DNA of 63,875 nt, filler included, from an uncultured Gemmatimonadota bacterium (GTDB taxonomy: Bacteria > Blakebacterota > Blakebacteria > Blakebacterales > Blakebacteraceae): the NCBI GenBank assembly GCA_964576115.1. It is 8 parts of 8 records of this genome, joined end to end, with 100 filler letters (N's around TTAATTAATTAA, not from the genome) between each part and the next. Parts side by side here need not be neighbours in the genome. Positions count along the whole stretch, not along the records: positions 54,159 to 61,509 come from CAZNUA010000096.1; positions 61,610 to 63,875 come from CAZNUA010000133.1; 6 more parts are not named here. One strand, written 5' to 3'. The number at the start of each line of letters is the position of its first letter. Position 1 is the first letter of the stretch. Below the pieces are notes generated by a model. The model was given only the letters and a program-made list of their open reading frames with translations, was not told where the DNA came from and did no database searches. The position numbers and the translations under genes were made by a program. This document shows, piece by piece, positions 61,485 to 63,875 of the stretch.

Positions 61485-61509
61485 GTGAGGAGATGAGAAT
61501 GACGACCCG

Positions 61510-61609
61510 NNNNNNNNNNNNNNNNNNNNNNNNNNNNNNNNNNNNNNNNNNNNTTAATTAATTAANNNNNNNNNNNNNNNNNNNNNNNNNNNNNNNNNNN
61601 NNNNNNNNN
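61510..61609. other. Artificial contig spacer
   Basis: 44N-TTAATTAATTAA-44N. Confidence 0.98.
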
Positions 61610-62383
61610 CCCGAGTTCCTCTCCCTGGCCTCACTCGTCAAGACTCTGCCCGGGATCGTGCTCATGATCGCGGTCGTTCCCGCCCTGGTCCGCCTCGTGG
61701 AGAATCACCCCGGTCTCGGTGCCGGACGGGTACCGGAACCGAACGAGATCGGTTCCGGATCGACCGTGCCCGACGAAGTCCGGGCCTTCTTTGACGAGCG
61801 GGCCGATGAGTGGGAGACGATTATCGATTACGAGCGGGTCATCGGCCGCCTGCGTCAGGGATTGACGGAGCTGGCGCCCGACCCCGGTGAACGGATCCTC
61901 GATTTGGGTTGTGGCACCGGGGTTCTGCTCGGCACTCTGCTCGAGCGACTCGACGAGCGGGGCCGCATCGAGGCCGTCGATCCGTCTCCCCGAATGCTGG
62001 CTCGGGCCCGGGCCGGATACCCCGATCCCCGCGTCAGCTACCATCTCGCCGCCGCCGACCGCCTGCCATTGCCTGCGCAGGCAGTCGATCGCGTCATCTG
62101 CTTCTCGGTCTGGCCCCACCTGCCCGAACCCGACGCCGCCATCGCCGAACTACGGCGCGTTCTGCGTCCGGGAGGCACGATCCACGTCTGGCATGTCGAC
62201 GGGCGGGAGAGGATCAACGAGATCCACCTCCACGCCGGCGAGGCGGTGGCCTCGCACCGGCTCGAGCCCGCTGTCGATCTCACCCGCCGCTTCGAGCGAC
62301 ACGATTTCACGGTCACCCGGCAGATCGATACCGCCGAGACCTATCTGGTGACGGCGGTGCGCGTTCGGGAACACGGATCGTGA
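61610..62383 (+). CDS. Class I SAM-dependent methyltransferase preceded in frame by a TM segment resembling an ECF S-component C-terminus (5' truncated)
   Basis: Stop-free frame from the contig edge: LPGIVLMIAVVPALV, linker, FFDERADEW, ILDLGCGTG, DPSPRML and LRRVLRPGG. Confidence 0.75.
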   Translation, partial: PEFLSLASLVKTLPGIVLMIAVVPALVRLVENHPGLGAGRVPEPNEIGSGSTVPDEVRAFFDERADEWETIIDYERVIGRLRQGLTELAPDPGERILDLGCGTGVLLGTLLERLDERGRIEAVDPSPRMLARARAGYPDPRVSYHLAAADRLPLPAQAVDRVICFSVWPHLPEPDAAIAELRRVLRPGGTIHVWHVDGRERINEIHLHAGEAVASHRLEPAVDLTRRFERHDFTVTRQIDTAETYLVTAVRVREHGS

Positions 62384-63159
62384 TCGGCCCGAATCCCGCT
62401 GCTCGCTGGGGTAGAGGAGAAGGCCTCCTCGGTACCGTTCGCCCCGGCCCGCGGCTGCTGGCCTGGGGACTGATGCTGGCGGCCGTTCTCATCGGTCGTC
62501 CCCTGGCCGGCTGCGAACCGGTCGTCATGCTGGCCGCTCTCGCGCTCTGGTCGGCCGCAGCGGGCACCTCGTGGCGGGCCCTGTGCGCCCTGGTTCTGCT
62601 CGGCCTGATCGCCTTTCTGCCCTTCTTCATCTTTCTGCCCTGGACCGGCAGCGGCGAGGTCCACCGCATCCTCGGACTGCTCGCCGTACGCAGTGACGCC
62701 TGGCGGGTGCCGGTCACGATCATCTGCCGGGGGATCGGTGCGCTCATCCTCGGGGCCGGCCTGCTCGCGTCCTTCTCCGAGCCCGAACTCTACCGGGCCG
62801 TCATCCGATTTCCCGCTCCCCGGATCGTCCGGGTCGTGACGGTGCAGATCATGCGTTTCGTCGCGCCCCTGGTGCATGAGGCGATCGGTATCTCCCGGGC
62901 TGTCCAGGTCCGGGGCGGTACGGCCGGGGTGCGCGGCGGTTTCCTGCTGGCCCGGACCCTGCCAGTGACCTGGCTGCCGCGGGTCCTCGACCGTTCGGTC
63001 AGAGTCACCCGGGCCATGGAAGGGCGCGGCTATTCCGGTCAGCTCTTCGATCCGCGGTCGCTGCGGACAGAAGGGCGGCTGGTGTGGGATGCGGCTGCGG
63101 TTACTCTCGCTGCTCTCTTTCCCCTGGGCATTATCCTGATCCGGGTGGTGGGGAGGTGA
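62380..63159 (+). CDS. ECF transporter transmembrane T component (EcfT/CbiQ)
   Basis: GTGA overlap; TM segments; two X-R-G motifs (AVQVRG and AMEGRGY). Confidence 0.85.
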   Translation: MIGPNPAARWGRGEGLLGTVRPGPRLLAWGLMLAAVLIGRPLAGCEPVVMLAALALWSAAAGTSWRALCALVLLGLIAFLPFFIFLPWTGSGEVHRILGLLAVRSDAWRVPVTIICRGIGALILGAGLLASFSEPELYRAVIRFPAPRIVRVVTVQIMRFVAPLVHEAIGISRAVQVRGGTAGVRGGFLLARTLPVTWLPRVLDRSVRVTRAMEGRGYSGQLFDPRSLRTEGRLVWDAAAVTLAALFPLGIILIRVVGR

Positions 63160-63875
63160 GTGTTCCGGGCGGCACCATTTCCCGGCTCATCCTCGAGATG
63201 GACGGGGTCGCCGTGCGCTATCCGGGGGGGACAGCCCCGGTCGTCAGCGGGGTGCACCTGAGCCTTCAGGGCGGTCAACGTCTGGCCCTGCTGGGGCTCA
63301 ACGGTTCGGGCAAGACAACCCTGCTCCTGGCCCCGGTCGGGCTTCTGCCGGTTGAGGGGCGGATAACAGTGACGGGTCTGGATCTGGGGCGGAGCACCCT
63401 GGCCGAGATACGTCGCCGGACCGGCTTCCTCTTCGCGGTCCCCGAAGACCAGCTTCTTTTCCCGCGTGCGCTCGACGACGTTCTCTTCAGTCTGGAGCGC
63501 CGGGGCCTGAGCGGTGAAGAGGCCCGGCGGAAAGCCTCGGCAATGCTCGATCGGCTGGGCATCGCCCACCTGGCCGATCGCAATCCCCACTCCCTCTCGC
63601 ACGGCGAGCGGACCCGGGTGGCCCTGGCGGGCGCTCTGGTGGGCGACACCGAACTCCTGCTTCTCGACGAACCCTCAGCTGCCCTCGATCCTCCCGCCCG
63701 GCTCGACCTGGCCCGACTGCTCGCCGACCTGCCGACCGCCATGGTCGTCGCAACCCACGACCTGGAGTTCGCACGCTCCGTCGCCACTCACTTCACCCTG
63801 CTCGAGAACGGGTGCCTGCGTCACGGCGCCCGGCCGATTGCCGAGCTGCCTGGCGATCAGAACCGGATCTGGCCG
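63156..63875 (+). CDS. ECF transporter ATPase (EcfA/CbiO), runs off the window (not in the ORF track)
   Basis: GTGA overlap; GLNGSGKTT Walker A, PEDQL, LSHGE signature, LLLLDEP Walker B and THD. Confidence 0.9.
   Translation, partial: MSVPGGTISRLILEMDGVAVRYPGGTAPVVSGVHLSLQGGQRLALLGLNGSGKTTLLLAPVGLLPVEGRITVTGLDLGRSTLAEIRRRTGFLFAVPEDQLLFPRALDDVLFSLERRGLSGEEARRKASAMLDRLGIAHLADRNPHSLSHGERTRVALAGALVGDTELLLLDEPSAALDPPARLDLARLLADLPTAMVVATHDLEFARSVATHFTLLENGCLRHGARPIAELPGDQNRIWP

Noticed and set aside
9771..61609. Seven recurring TTAATTAATTAA palindromes embedded in N runs
   Set aside because: These are artificial six-frame-stop linkers between length-sorted contigs, not biological repeats. Gene adjacency across them was ignored.

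Overview
High-GC bacterial DNA that looks like a metagenome bin. It is not one locus. Eight contigs are joined by 100-nt spacers (44N-TTAATTAATTAA-44N) at 9771, 19592, 28823, 37281, 45682, 54059 and 61510, in decreasing length order, and there are four internal 100-N scaffold gaps. Adjacency across spacers therefore has no biological meaning. The gene repertoire (FlgD-Ig-tailed subtilase, PEGA/CsgG and cohesin proteins, VPS10/BNR propellers, many lipoprotein hydrolases) suggests an FCB-group polymer degrader such as Gemmatimonadota or Latescibacterota; this is inference only. Contig 1: peptidoglycan-salvage genes namZ, amiE-like and nagZ, with S9 and Ntn hydrolases and a PurF homolog lacking the catalytic Cys. 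Contig 2: sugar-catabolism operon (FAD oxidoreductase, SDR, Eda-KdgK fusion, GH15-like, GH38). Contig 3: dinB, a transglutaminase-like hypothetical, rlmH, yceI, tricorn protease and a VOC protein. Contig 4: GH127-GH127-M64 peptidase-GH51. Contig 5: ICMT, NUDIX, rhomboid, S8, ThiI-like, trkH, trkA, ggt. Contig 6: two BNR proteins, a CPA antiporter, a TSUP transporter and GH29. Contig 7: tRNA-Leu-tig-clpP-clpX-engB, plus PEGA and cohesin proteins. Contig 8: ECF transporter genes. The best leads are: (a) a 135-nt ungapped duplicated promoter/leader/RBS module with an ECF-sigma-like motif in front of two unrelated genes; (b) two genes that appear to start at AUC; (c) a candidate hydroxyproline-rich glycoprotein degradation operon; (d) an ECF S-component-methyltransferase fusion; (e) an uncharacterised oxidative sugar pathway. 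I saw no CRISPR array, rRNA, integrase or transposase.
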